DNA from: Shigella phage DS8
DNA length: 44,605 bases
Sequence record: MK759854
Strand: one strand, 5' to 3'
The translations under genes were made by a program, and so were the position numbers. Shown piece by piece: positions 1 to 12,692 of this stretch (its first letter is position 1; each line of letters opens with the position of its first letter). Below the pieces are notes generated by a model. It saw only the letters and a list, made by a program, of their open reading frames with translations, was not told the DNA's origin and did no database searches.

Positions 1-128
1 ATTTAAACATGGGTTCAACCAATTCGCCGTCTCGTTCACGCGCAACTGGCAACACTAAAACTGGCGGCAAAACTGGCGCAGTGAAGCCAAACGGCTCTAC
101 CCGCTCACCATCGCGCGGTAAGAAATAA
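1..128. repeat. 128-bp segment identical to window end (44478-44605); terminal duplication / circular-closure overlap
   Basis: Direct comparison: first 128 nt equal last 128 nt. Consistent with a circular or circularly permuted assembly, or a short direct terminal repeat. Confidence 0.9.
9..128 (+). CDS. small basic Gly/Ser/Thr-rich protein (39 aa), hypothetical
   Basis: ATG at 9 preceded by AGGAG across the junction (44473-44477); stop TAA 126-128 overlaps next ATG (TAATG). Same ORF is present at 44486-44605. Confidence 0.3.
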   Translation: MGSTNSPSRSRATGNTKTGGKTGAVKPNGSTRSPSRGKK

Positions 129-568
129 TGTTCGGCGCAGACGTTGCCATCATGATCATGTATGTGCTGGGTTTTGCCTGCACAGGCATGGTTGCGTTTC
201 TGGTGTTCATTCCGGCAATGGTGATGTCTGTGTATCTTGGATGGGTGCTTGTTGATTCATTTCCCGCCGAATATCTGTATTACCTTGCGCAGTCTATGGT
301 CTGGTTGTTTCCGGCTATTGCGCTGCGCAAAAGTACAAAGATGGCGCTCTGCATGCTGACGATGAGCCTTTACGAATGGCTGGTTGCGATAGAGTCATTC
401 GTATGGGAATTTATCACGCCTGTAGAAACGCCGCTTCATGCGCAGTACGCATTTATTATTGTCGGCATCCATCTGTTCATCCTTTCCATCACTTTTAAAT
501 GGGGCGGCGAAATTGGACATTATTCTTGGCGTGGTCGCCATTGTTTTTTCGCTGATTCAAATCTATAA
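128..568 (+). CDS. hydrophobic multi-pass membrane protein, hypothetical
   Basis: 146-aa ORF with several hydrophobic segments; its end overlaps ORFs in two other frames, so boundaries are uncertain. Confidence 0.4.
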   Translation: MFGADVAIMIMYVLGFACTGMVAFLVFIPAMVMSVYLGWVLVDSFPAEYLYYLAQSMVWLFPAIALRKSTKMALCMLTMSLYEWLVAIESFVWEFITPVETPLHAQYAFIIVGIHLFILSITFKWGGEIGHYSWRGRHCFFADSNL

Positions 569-600
569 GTGCTGGAAACATATCATCAGCGAGACACGCA

Positions 601-885
601 ATGAACGGAGCACTAAGGCAAGTCGCAGAGCAGATTATAAGCGGGACGACGGGACAGGTGATTGATAAGGCTGGATATGCTTCTATTGGAACCGGTATCG
701 GCCTGAAAGTTGCAGAGCAAACACCTGTCACGCAATCTTATTTTGAGGCTATGATTCCACACAGCCTGACAGAGTGGGCGGCAGTAGCGTCAATTCTTGG
801 CGCTCTTTCTCTGGTAATAAAGAACCTGTTTGAAATGTGGTGGAAAGTACGGGAGTCAAAGAGAAATGACAGCACCAACACCTGA
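601..885 (+). CDS. hypothetical protein with C-terminal transmembrane segment
   Basis: 94-aa ORF; hydrophobic stretch WAAVASILGALSLVIKNLF followed by a charged tail. Confidence 0.4.
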   Translation: MNGALRQVAEQIISGTTGQVIDKAGYASIGTGIGLKVAEQTPVTQSYFEAMIPHSLTEWAAVASILGALSLVIKNLFEMWWKVRESKRNDSTNT

Positions 886-1258
886 AGAACTGGTCAGTCA
901 GATGGCATCGCGCGGGATGACTATCACCACAACGGATGCGTCTGGCATTCTGTGCCTTGTGGCGTCAATCAGTGAATGCCTTGAACTGAACTATCCAAAT
1001 GATGAATGCCGACAAAATGCGATCATGCTGTGGGCTTCCATCCTGATTAGCGCAAACACCGCTGGTCGCTACGTTACCAGCCAGAGCGCACCATCTGGCG
1101 CATCACAATCATTCGCCTATGGCAGTAAGCCGTGGGTGGCGCTGTACAATCAGATGAAACTACTGGATACAGCCGGATGTACTGGCGATTTGGTGGAAGA
1201 CCCTGACGGAAGCGGCAAGCCGTGGTTTGCGGTTGTGCGTGGGAGTAAATGCAAATGA
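866..1258 (+). CDS. putative head-tail connector/adaptor-type structural protein
   Basis: Internal ATG of ORF 830-1258; placed in the head-tail joining block upstream of the tail genes; assignment is positional only. Confidence 0.35.
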   Translation: MTAPTPEELVSQMASRGMTITTTDASGILCLVASISECLELNYPNDECRQNAIMLWASILISANTAGRYVTSQSAPSGASQSFAYGSKPWVALYNQMKLLDTAGCTGDLVEDPDGSGKPWFAVVRGSKCK

Positions 1259-1596
1259 CTTCACTGGCTCGGTTTTCCTACACACAACCATGCACCATCT
1301 GGCACAAAAGCGGCACTGACAAGTACGGCAAGCCAACTTTTGACGCGCCAGTGAACATCATGTGCGATTATGGTTTCAACGATGATGTATCGACCGATGC
1401 GAAAGGTAATGAGATTGTGCAGAAGAATACATTCTGGACAGAATACACTGGCGCTAAGGTAGGTGATTACATCATGATTGGCACGGCGACAGAAGCTGAC
1501 CCGCTGGCGGCTGGCGCAAATCAGATTCTGAATGTGATTAACTATGGCAATACGTTCAATCGCGCTGAACCGCCTGATTTTGCACTGGTGACATGA
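1249..1596 (+). CDS. putative head closure / head-tail joining protein
   Basis: 115-aa ORF translationally coupled to neighbours; positional assignment. Confidence 0.4.
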   Translation: MQMTSLARFSYTQPCTIWHKSGTDKYGKPTFDAPVNIMCDYGFNDDVSTDAKGNEIVQKNTFWTEYTGAKVGDYIMIGTATEADPLAAGANQILNVINYGNTFNRAEPPDFALVT

Positions 1597-1994
1597 TGGC
1601 AGCAAAACTCAAAGGCATTAACGAAGCCATAGCCAGAACATCTCAGATTGTGGATGAGATAATCGCCACGAAAGCTGTGCGTGCTCTGAAGTCAGCGACA
1701 TACATCATCCGCACCGAATCAGCCACGTTGACGCCGATTGATACATCGACTCTGATTAACAGTCAGTTTGATACTGTGGAAGTTAGCGGAACGAGAATCA
1801 CTGGCAAGGTTGGCTACTCTGCAAAATATGCGCTGTACGTCCACAATGCCAGTGGCAAACTTGCAGGTAAACCGCGCAGCAACGGCAATGGCACGTATTG
1901 GAGCCCGGGAGGTGAACCACAATTCCTGGCCAAAGCAGCGCAACGCACAAAAGACCTGGTTGATGGTGTAATTAAGAAGGAGATGAAGCTGTGA
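1593..1994 (+). CDS. putative tail component (HK97 gp10-like)
   Basis: 133-aa ORF; start overlaps upstream stop; size, position and C-terminal GTYWSPGG-type segment resemble HK97 gp10-family tail components (from memory). Confidence 0.45.
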   Translation: MMAAKLKGINEAIARTSQIVDEIIATKAVRALKSATYIIRTESATLTPIDTSTLINSQFDTVEVSGTRITGKVGYSAKYALYVHNASGKLAGKPRSNGNGTYWSPGGEPQFLAKAAQRTKDLVDGVIKKEMKL

Positions 1995-2365
1995 ATATGC
2001 TTGAACTGGTTGATGCATATCTTCAGGAAGCCGGATTATACGATGGCTGGACTTCGCAGTTGCAGTTCTGGAATGATACCGGAGATGGCAACGAGCAGTT
2101 TATTGTTTTGCAATCCAATGGTGGCACTCAGGTTATGGATGGCCTCGGTGGTGACTTCTATTTCTCGCTGTATGTTGTTGGCAAACATGGACAGTACAAT
2201 GTATCAGATGTTGATGCGAAGGCGCTGGAGATTATCGAATACATCAAGACGCATCCGATTGATTCATGTGTTAACTATATCCAGTTGCAGGCTCCGCTCG
2301 GTAGGCCAATGCTGACGGAAGAAAAGCGACCTGTGCATGAGTTGCTTTTGCGGGTTGTGAAATAA
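1991..2365 (+). CDS. putative tail completion/terminator protein
   Basis: 124-aa ORF; GTG at 1991 with AAGGAG 8 nt upstream (alternative ATG at 1997); last gene before the noncoding region. Confidence 0.4.
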   Translation: MNMLELVDAYLQEAGLYDGWTSQLQFWNDTGDGNEQFIVLQSNGGTQVMDGLGGDFYFSLYVVGKHGQYNVSDVDAKALEIIEYIKTHPIDSCVNYIQLQAPLGRPMLTEEKRPVHELLLRVVK

Positions 2366-2440
2366 ATAAAGCCGCACTTGGCGGCCTTATTGCTGGTTTA
2401 AGTATTGCCAGCGTGCTTTCTTAACATCCAGCCCAGTAAC

Positions 2441-2470
2441 CCATACATACCCCTACATACCCCTACATAT
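2441..2470. repeat. three tandem 10-mers CCMTACATAY
   Basis: CCATACATAC / CCCTACATAC / CCCTACATAT read directly, inside the 840-bp ORF-poor region. Confidence 0.6.
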
Positions 2471-3127
2471 GATTGCGATAATGCTGGATGTTAAGTGTTG
2501 TGGTGGCCGGTGTCGAACTCCGGCGTGACGGGATTTTCAGTTCAAGGCTTGCAGCGACCGCCTTATACACTACCTCGCCATCGGTTGCTTACTTGCGCAT
2601 CGACCTGCGCATTCACCACAACGGTAAGAGCACTGGCTAACCAGGCGCGCCGACTCTTCACGATTATCGACTCAATGCTCTTACCTGTTGTGTGCAGGGT
2701 TTCCACCTGCTCCCATCTGTTTTTAAAGTCACTCAGATATCGTCTGGACTTGTTGTGGAGTGGCGCACCATCTCACTCTTGAATGTTAACCCACTCCCAG
2801 CACCTCAACACACACTACGGTTAAGATTATTGCGCGTGTTGTATGGTCTTGCTGGTCACAACGGGAATAGTACTGATGCGCTCACTTGGTACTCCTTAGC
2901 CGTAACCCACGGGCTTCCGGTACATCAATACTATTTCCTGTTATGTTCCCTGACTTATTAATCACACCTCAGGGACGCAGTGCGCCGAATTTGTTTACAA
3001 GGAATCGGAAGACCTTGCTGACTTACAGGCTATTACGCCGCCATCAGAACAACATCATCGTTTGCATTTATCTTTGTGGTCAGTTTCTAAAAACCCGCAA
3101 AGTCGCTCACGAAAACTATCTGAAATA

Positions 3128-3172
3128 CAATCTACACCACAAAATAATCACTGTCAACACCTGTGATATAAT
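3128..3172 (+). promoter_or_regulatory. putative promoter for major tail gene: motif CAATCTACACCAC plus extended -10 TGATATAAT
   Basis: Conserved motif at 3128-3140; TGATATAAT at 3164-3172; ATG at 3209 with GGAG RBS. Confidence 0.4.
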
Positions 3173-3208
3173 CACCACGTTAGCAGCTAACACAATTCGG
3201 AGATCGAA

Positions 3209-3925
3209 ATGGCTATTTGTGCAAATGATAAAGGCGTTCTTGTCGGTCGCATGACTCGACTATTCCTTGCTGAAGGGTGCGGTGACGCAGTTCCTGATGC
3301 AGAAGACTGGAAGTATTTAGGTTCAACCACAAGCAAAGGTGTTGACTACTCTCCGCAGACTACCACGTCTGAAGCGGATACCGCTGGCGGCTTTGTTTCC
3401 ACTCTCGTTACCAGCTCTGATATGACCATCAGCGCAGAGGTTGAAATCCGCAAGAATGACCCAAGCGATGAGTTTGGCTTCCATCGTCTGGTTGAGATTT
3501 ACGCCACTGAACTGAAAGCGCGTCGCCAGCCTTCCTTGTGGGTGCGTGAAGTAACTGGCGCGACTATCGTTACTGCGTACTGCAACATTACCAGCATCAG
3601 CTACGAAGGCGGCACAAACGACATCGTAACCGGCAGCCTTGAGTTCAAGGTTTACGATTCAGATAGCGTTACCGTCGAAAGCCTTGAGCCTCTGGCATTC
3701 ACTACCGACCTGCAATCAACTGGCAGCACTGGCAGCCCGTTAACTGTTGCTGTTGAGGGTGGTGTTGCTCCTTACACTTACGTATGGCGCAAAGATGGCG
3801 TGGTTGTTGGTGGTGAGTCTGGCGCATCGCTGACAAGTCCTACTGCTGGTGTATATACCGTTACGGTCACGGATTCGTCCACTGACCCGGAAATTATTAT
3901 CAGCACGGCTTGCACCGTATCCTGA
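3209..3925 (+). CDS. major tail protein with C-terminal Ig-like domain
   Basis: 238 aa; GGAG RBS; C-terminal segment (TVAVEGGVAPYTYVWRKDGVV...YTVTVTD) typical of Ig-like domains on siphovirus major tail proteins; lies upstream of chaperone and tape measure. Confidence 0.75.
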   Translation: MAICANDKGVLVGRMTRLFLAEGCGDAVPDAEDWKYLGSTTSKGVDYSPQTTTSEADTAGGFVSTLVTSSDMTISAEVEIRKNDPSDEFGFHRLVEIYATELKARRQPSLWVREVTGATIVTAYCNITSISYEGGTNDIVTGSLEFKVYDSDSVTVESLEPLAFTTDLQSTGSTGSPLTVAVEGGVAPYTYVWRKDGVVVGGESGASLTSPTAGVYTVTVTDSSTDPEIIISTACTVS

Positions 3926-3926
3926 T

Positions 3927-3960
3927 AAAGAAAAAGCCCCGAAAGGGGCTTTATTTTATT
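3927..3960. terminator. bidirectional rho-independent terminator
   Basis: Hairpin AGCCCC-GAAA-GGGGCT (3935-3950) flanked by an A-run upstream and TTATTTTATT downstream. Confidence 0.6.
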
Positions 3961-4150
3961 CTTGTGGTGGATCTGGTAACGGCATCCAGTGAGTAACATC
4001 CTGTCGAATAGGAACAACACCGTATGCGTCATCCCATCGGCCTTCGAAATAATACAGAGTTGATATGTCGCCTCCCTTGAAACATGCGAGAACCTCTTGT
4101 TCTGCATTTTCATCCGGCATCTGCTCACTACACTTAATCCACTGGCTCAT
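3956..4150 (-). CDS. DUF551-like phage protein
   Basis: 64 aa; motif W..C.E.MP...(x)...HWMPLPDPP matches the DUF551 pattern as I recall it; start overlaps upstream stop (ATGA). Confidence 0.55.
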   Translation of the reverse strand: MSQWIKCSEQMPDENAEQEVLACFKGGDISTLYYFEGRWDDAYGVVPIRQDVTHWMPLPDPPQE

Positions 4151-4461
4151 AATTTATCCTCATTCATTTTAAGGAAGACGATCATGGCGGCGCGTAGTGG
4201 GTTTCCATGCTGGCAAATAAACACATCATCACCACGGAACATCATTACTGCACTATTTGTTGCCAACGGACAATCTTGTCCATTATTTTGAATGACGTCA
4301 ATTTCATACTCAACAATAATGGGCCACGCATCAGCTGGGTTTTGGCATGGATTCCACTTGCCAGAATGTATTTCATGCGCAAATGATTTTGAAGTCCAAT
4401 TGCTAGCCTTTGCTACTTCGCAGTTAATTTCAAAATCACTCATGTCTTCATAATTTTTCAT
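4147..4461 (-). CDS. hypothetical protein
   Basis: 104-aa ORF, translationally coupled at both ends. Confidence 0.45.
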   Translation of the reverse strand: MKNYEDMSDFEINCEVAKASNWTSKSFAHEIHSGKWNPCQNPADAWPIIVEYEIDVIQNNGQDCPLATNSAVMMFRGDDVFICQHGNPLRAAMIVFLKMNEDKL

Positions 4462-4601
4462 ATCACCTTATCCTCATCAAAAATCACACCAATTACACGA
4501 AGCAAGTCTTTCGCCATTCTCTCTGCTTCTTCGTAGTCATAACCTGCATCAACATACAGTTCAGTGTAGAAAATCAGATCAGCTTTTGTTTGTTCGTTCA
4601 T
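4458..4601 (-). CDS. small acidic protein (47 aa), hypothetical
   Basis: ORF found by hand below the 60-aa track cutoff: MNEQTKADLIFYTELYVDAGYDYEEAERMAKDLLRVIGVIFDEDKVI; ATGA overlaps on both sides. Confidence 0.3.
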   Translation of the reverse strand: MNEQTKADLIFYTELYVDAGYDYEEAERMAKDLLRVIGVIFDEDKVI

Positions 4602-4804
4602 TTCTTATCGTCGCTCTTAACTAACGCCCAGACGAGTGCTGCAACCCATCCAATAAAGCTCCATCCAACGAGAATATTCAGAACGCAAATTGCCGTAGTG
4701 TTTACATGCTTGCGTTGCAGGGCTACAAAAGATGGTAGAAGGTACACAAATATCACCAAACCAACGAAAAACAACAAAATAACAACATCCATAGCTAACC
4801 TCAA
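4598..4804 (-). CDS. small two-pass membrane protein resembling superinfection-immunity (Imm-like) proteins
   Basis: 68 aa; two hydrophobic helices with pattern ...AICVLNILVGWSFIGWVAALVWAL...; family resemblance is from memory. Confidence 0.5.
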   Translation of the reverse strand: MRLAMDVVILLFFVGLVIFVYLLPSFVALQRKHVNTTAICVLNILVGWSFIGWVAALVWALVKSDDKK

Positions 4805-4824
4805 CTGTTAATAGCTTGTTTATA

Positions 4825-5118
4825 TTACATGCCATTCTTTTCGCACAAAGCAACAGCCACATCACGCAATTGCTCTTTTGTCATATCCTTGCGTGCATAA
4901 ACCATTTCTACGATGGCAAGGCCGATTATTTCTGCTGATTCGTTGTTTTTTGCGGAACCCTTAACTACCACCTCGGCAAGATTCTTGCTGATACCGTTAT
5001 CGCGAACTTCAGCTGTGTTCATGGCGATATCTCCGATGTTTTTGCAAACCTCAGATGTTGCGACAGCAGAGAAAGAAGAAGCTAACAAGACAGACGCGAT
5101 CAACATTTTAATTTTCAT
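4825..5118 (-). CDS. small secreted/periplasmic protein, hypothetical
   Basis: 97 aa; N-terminal signal-peptide-like segment MKIKMLIASVLLASSFSAVA; GAGGTGAG RBS; first gene of the antisense island. Confidence 0.45.
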   Translation of the reverse strand: MKIKMLIASVLLASSFSAVATSEVCKNIGDIAMNTAEVRDNGISKNLAEVVVKGSAKNNESAEIIGLAIVEMVYARKDMTKEQLRDVAVALCEKNGM

Positions 5119-5154
5119 AACTCACCTCATTTATTCATCACTCGTTTCGATGAC

Positions 5155-5206
5155 TTGAATCTACATCACCACCTCACAGGTGTCAACACCACTGAGATGA
5201 TATAAT
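5155..5206 (+). promoter_or_regulatory. putative promoter/operator: motif TTGAATCTACATCACC, palindrome GGTGTCAACACC, extended -10 TGATATAAT
   Basis: Elements read directly at 5155-5170, 5179-5190 and 5198-5206; lies between divergent genes (5118 leftward, 5227 rightward). Confidence 0.4.
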
Positions 5207-5226
5207 CAACATCAGTCAAATTCAGG

Positions 5227-5943
5227 ATGCAAAACATGAGCAATCGCACGCCACTAACAGAAATCGGAGAGATGCGCATCTCGCTTTCTGACAGGAGTTT
5301 TTTCTTTAAACCATCATTCCGCGCCATGAATGAAATTGGCACACCAAAAGAAATCGTTGAGGTGTACGCTAAGCTCAATGGCATTGATTATGTTGCGCCA
5401 TTGCAGCACGTCGAATACCTGCCATTTGGCGCGCAGATGCAGGTTATGAAGACAATCAGCAAGCCAGTGTATGGTCGACATGTGCTGAACGCGGCCTATA
5501 TTGTCATGCAGTCATGTTGTGAGGATGATATTTCTGTGCTGATTGGTGGATGGAAGCCAACACCGCGCGGCGTGCGATATGTTCCCGGCATCATGCCGGT
5601 GAGTGACATTATTATTATTGCGCGCAATCTGATGCAGCATGGCATCATTGGCAAGTCACCGCTCAAGGTTCCTGAGCGTCTGGAAGAGCAGGGCAAGAAA
5701 ACTACAAACGAGTTTCATGCGTCGCAATACATTATTTCAGCACGCACGCATTTCGACATGACGCGCGATGAGGCAGAAAACCTGTCCATGACAGAGTTTC
5801 AGATGATGATTAAGAATAAATACCCAGAGCCGAAAGGGTTAACGAAAGAGGAGCGCGCGGCAGAGTACGATCAGGCTAAAGCAGACCGCGAGCGCATGAA
5901 GGCACTGGCTGAACGCAAAGCGAAAAAAGCGAGGAATACATAA
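5227..5943 (+). CDS. putative tail assembly chaperone
   Basis: 238-aa ORF immediately upstream of and coupled to the tape measure gene (TAATG); positional assignment. Confidence 0.45.
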   Translation: MQNMSNRTPLTEIGEMRISLSDRSFFFKPSFRAMNEIGTPKEIVEVYAKLNGIDYVAPLQHVEYLPFGAQMQVMKTISKPVYGRHVLNAAYIVMQSCCEDDISVLIGGWKPTPRGVRYVPGIMPVSDIIIIARNLMQHGIIGKSPLKVPERLEEQGKKTTNEFHASQYIISARTHFDMTRDEAENLSMTEFQMMIKNKYPEPKGLTKEERAAEYDQAKADRERMKALAERKAKKARNT

Positions 5944-8851
5944 TGGCTGAAGAAGTCGGCGGAATTGTCTATGAAGTCGGGATGGATGTATCCGGGCTTA
6001 AAGCTGGCACAAGTTCAGCGGAATCAGAATTATCAAAATTTGACTCTGCTGTAAGTGGCTCCACGAAGAATTTAAATAAACTTGATGGTCAGGCTGATTC
6101 AACTGGCAAGGCATTCTCCTCCCTTGTCTCCGTGGTTAAAAGCATTGATGCCACACTCAGCAAGATGGCTGCCTCCAGTGATGGTGCAGCAAGCGCTGTC
6201 AAATCAACATCGCAATCTGCCGAGTCAGCCAATCAGGTTATCGACGCGCTAAACCAGCAACTGGCTATGATGCAGCAACAGCAGCAGCAAGCTGCTGTAT
6301 CTACTGGCAGACTGGAAACCTCAATTAATGCCGTCACCTCAGCCATTCGCGAGCTTGGAACATCAACTGGCGGCGCTGGCGCAAGTATATCTGGCACAGA
6401 AAGATTAATTGAAAGCCTCGGAAATCAGGTTGCCATCCTTGAAGAGCAAATGGAAAACGGCGCGAGAAGTGCGGCAATTCTTGCAGCACAACTCAGAGCT
6501 GGAGATGGCGCAACTGACGCACAAAAGGCCAAGATTGCTGAACTGACTGGTCGCCTGTACGACATGAAAAACGGTACGGAGTCGGCTGGCAAATCCACAA
6601 ACGGATTCAGGAACGCACTACAACAGGGTGGTTATCAGGTTCAGGACTTTATTGTTCAGGTTCAGGGTGGGCAGTCTGCGCTTGTTGCATTCAGTCAGCA
6701 GGGTTCGCAACTTGCATCTGTATTTAGTCCGGTAGCTGGCGCAGTGTTGACAATAGCGACAGTTATTGCTGGCTCTCTGATGGCTTCACTGAGTAATGGC
6801 AAGAATGCCATTGACGCCATGAAAGATGCCATTTCTGCAATGGATCAGGTTATCAGCGTTTCAAGCAATGGCGTGGCGGCATACTCAGATAAGTTTGCAG
6901 CACTGGCAAAAGCCAACACAACCGTTGCAACACTGATGCGCCAGCAAGCGCAACTTGAACTTTCAGCGGCGCTCTCAAAGGTATCTAAGGAAGTATCTAA
7001 GGCATCCGGTGAGTTTGTCACGTTTGGCGATCGTCTTTTTGCTTCATTGTCAGGAGCTAATGTCAGCGTTAAATCGTTTAATGATTATCTGTCCATGCTG
7101 AACATCACCACCAATGATTTCGGTGAAGCGATGAAGCAGGCCGCATCGGCTGGACTTGCTGGTCAATCAACGATGAACAGCATGATTGCCACCGTTGGCG
7201 CTCTTGCGAGTAGATTTGACCTGACCGACCAGCAGGCTTTCGAGTTCGCCAAGCAGCTCTCTGAAATCGCTAAAAACCCAAGCAACGAGAAACTAAATGA
7301 ACTGATTGTCACACTGCAAAAAGTTGGTGAGGGACAGTCATCTGGTGCACAAAAGGCAAGGGAGTATGCTGCTCGTTTGCTGGAAATCGCCACCACCACA
7401 ACCGATGCAACCATGAGGCTGAAGGCGCTTAAGGAGATGACTGACTCCTTAACGTCAAGTCAGGATAAGGCGCTACAAACTGCTCGCCAGACATTATTTA
7501 TTGAGAAGCAAACTGGCGATGAAAAGCTAAAAGCTCAGGCGTGGCGTGATGCGGAGGCTCAGGGATTAAAGCAGAATACCGCTGCGTTTCGTGAATATTA
7601 CAATGTCAGACTTGAGACATATCGTCAGCAGGAGAAAAATGCACAAGCGGCAAGGGATGAGCGCAATGCAAACAACCAGCTTAAGACTGAACTAAATCAA
7701 CAGGAAACAATCCAGCAGAAATTAAATAAACTGCGGCAGGAGGCTCTACTTGCTGGTCAGGCAGAATCAACAAAAGAACTCTCCCGCGAACAAGCAATTC
7801 TCAACGCGCAGCAATCGCTTGGTAAAGCAGCCACTCAGGAGCAGATAAAACTGGCTGGCGAGTACGCTGCGAAGATTTGGGACCAGAAGAACGCATTGAA
7901 GGAACAGGCGGAAGCGGAGAAAGAAAAGCAGCGCTTAGAAAAGTCATATCAGGGATTACGCGCCATTGCGTTACCAACGACTGGCATTGACAGTGAATAC
8001 CAGCAGCGCATGGCTGACCTTGACGCGTACGCCGCAGCATATCCGCAGAAAATTACGGAGATTGAGCAGACTCGCGCAGCAATTGAGGCGCAATACCGCC
8101 AGCAGAGAATTGACGCCATGTGGCAGGAGTGGAGTCAGCAAAACGCAGCCACACAAGCGGCGGCGGCGGCGTTTGATGCTTTCGGGCAGACGGCTGGAAA
8201 CGCGTTAACCGGTATCCTTACTGGTTCAATGTCTGTATCAGAGGCATTGCGATCAATTGGTTCAAATATTCTGTCCAGTGTTATCAATGCTTTTGTGCAA
8301 ATGGGTATAGATTGGGCCAAGTCAGCTATCATGGGTGCAGCAGGAATGAGCGCAGCTTCTGCGGCGACGATAGCTCAAGCTGAGGCAATATCAGCGGCAA
8401 TGGCTCCAGCGGCAGCAATGACATCACTGGCAACAGCTGGCACAAACTCAGCCCCTGCTATGGCTGGAATATCTGCAACAGTTGGTTTGGCTAAGACACT
8501 CTCCATTGCTGGCGCGCTGAAAAACGGCGGTCCAGCGCAGGAAGGTTCAATGTACAGGGTGGGCGAGAACAACCTACCTGAGATATTCCAGGCATCAAAT
8601 GGTCATCAGTACATGATACCGGGCGACAGCGGGCGCGTAATTAGCAACAAAGACCTTACAGGCGGTGGCAGTGGCGTTGTGGTTTATAATAACGTGATAA
8701 ATAACAGTTCAGCGCAGGTTAGCAGCAGCGCCAGAGATAATGGGGATGGCAGCGTGACAATTGAGACGATTGTGAGTGATATAGAAAACAACGGCCCCAT
8801 CGGGCAAAGCATCGGTAGGAACTACAACGCCAACAGGAGAGCAACAGAATA

Positions 8852-8852
<1 letters not shown>
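5943..8852 (+). CDS. tail tape measure protein
   Basis: 969 aa, Ala/Gln-rich with coiled-coil character, hydrophobic C-terminal third; canonical position after major tail and chaperone genes. Confidence 0.85.
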
Positions 8853-12653
<3,801 letters not shown>

Positions 12654-12692
12654 TACAATATACATCAAATTCACAAAGGAGCATTTATTATA

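Noticed and set aside
2441-2470. CRISPR-like array
   Set aside because: Only three contiguous 10-bp units with no spacers; far too short and there are no cas genes.
2501-2580. Possible tRNA on the minus strand (sequence ends in ...GTTCGACACCGGCCACCA when read on the minus strand)
   Set aside because: The 3' CCA and GTTCGA-like element are present, but I could not build a canonical T-arm (5-bp stem, 7-nt loop) or a matching acceptor stem by hand. Without a tRNA-scanning tool I cannot support it.
7163-8572. Short ORFs on either strand inside the tape measure gene (7163-7414, 7801-8040, 7966-8208, 7971-8156, 8135-8332, 8375-8572)
   Set aside because: All lie within the continuous 969-codon tape measure frame and reflect its repetitive Ala/Gln-rich codon composition.
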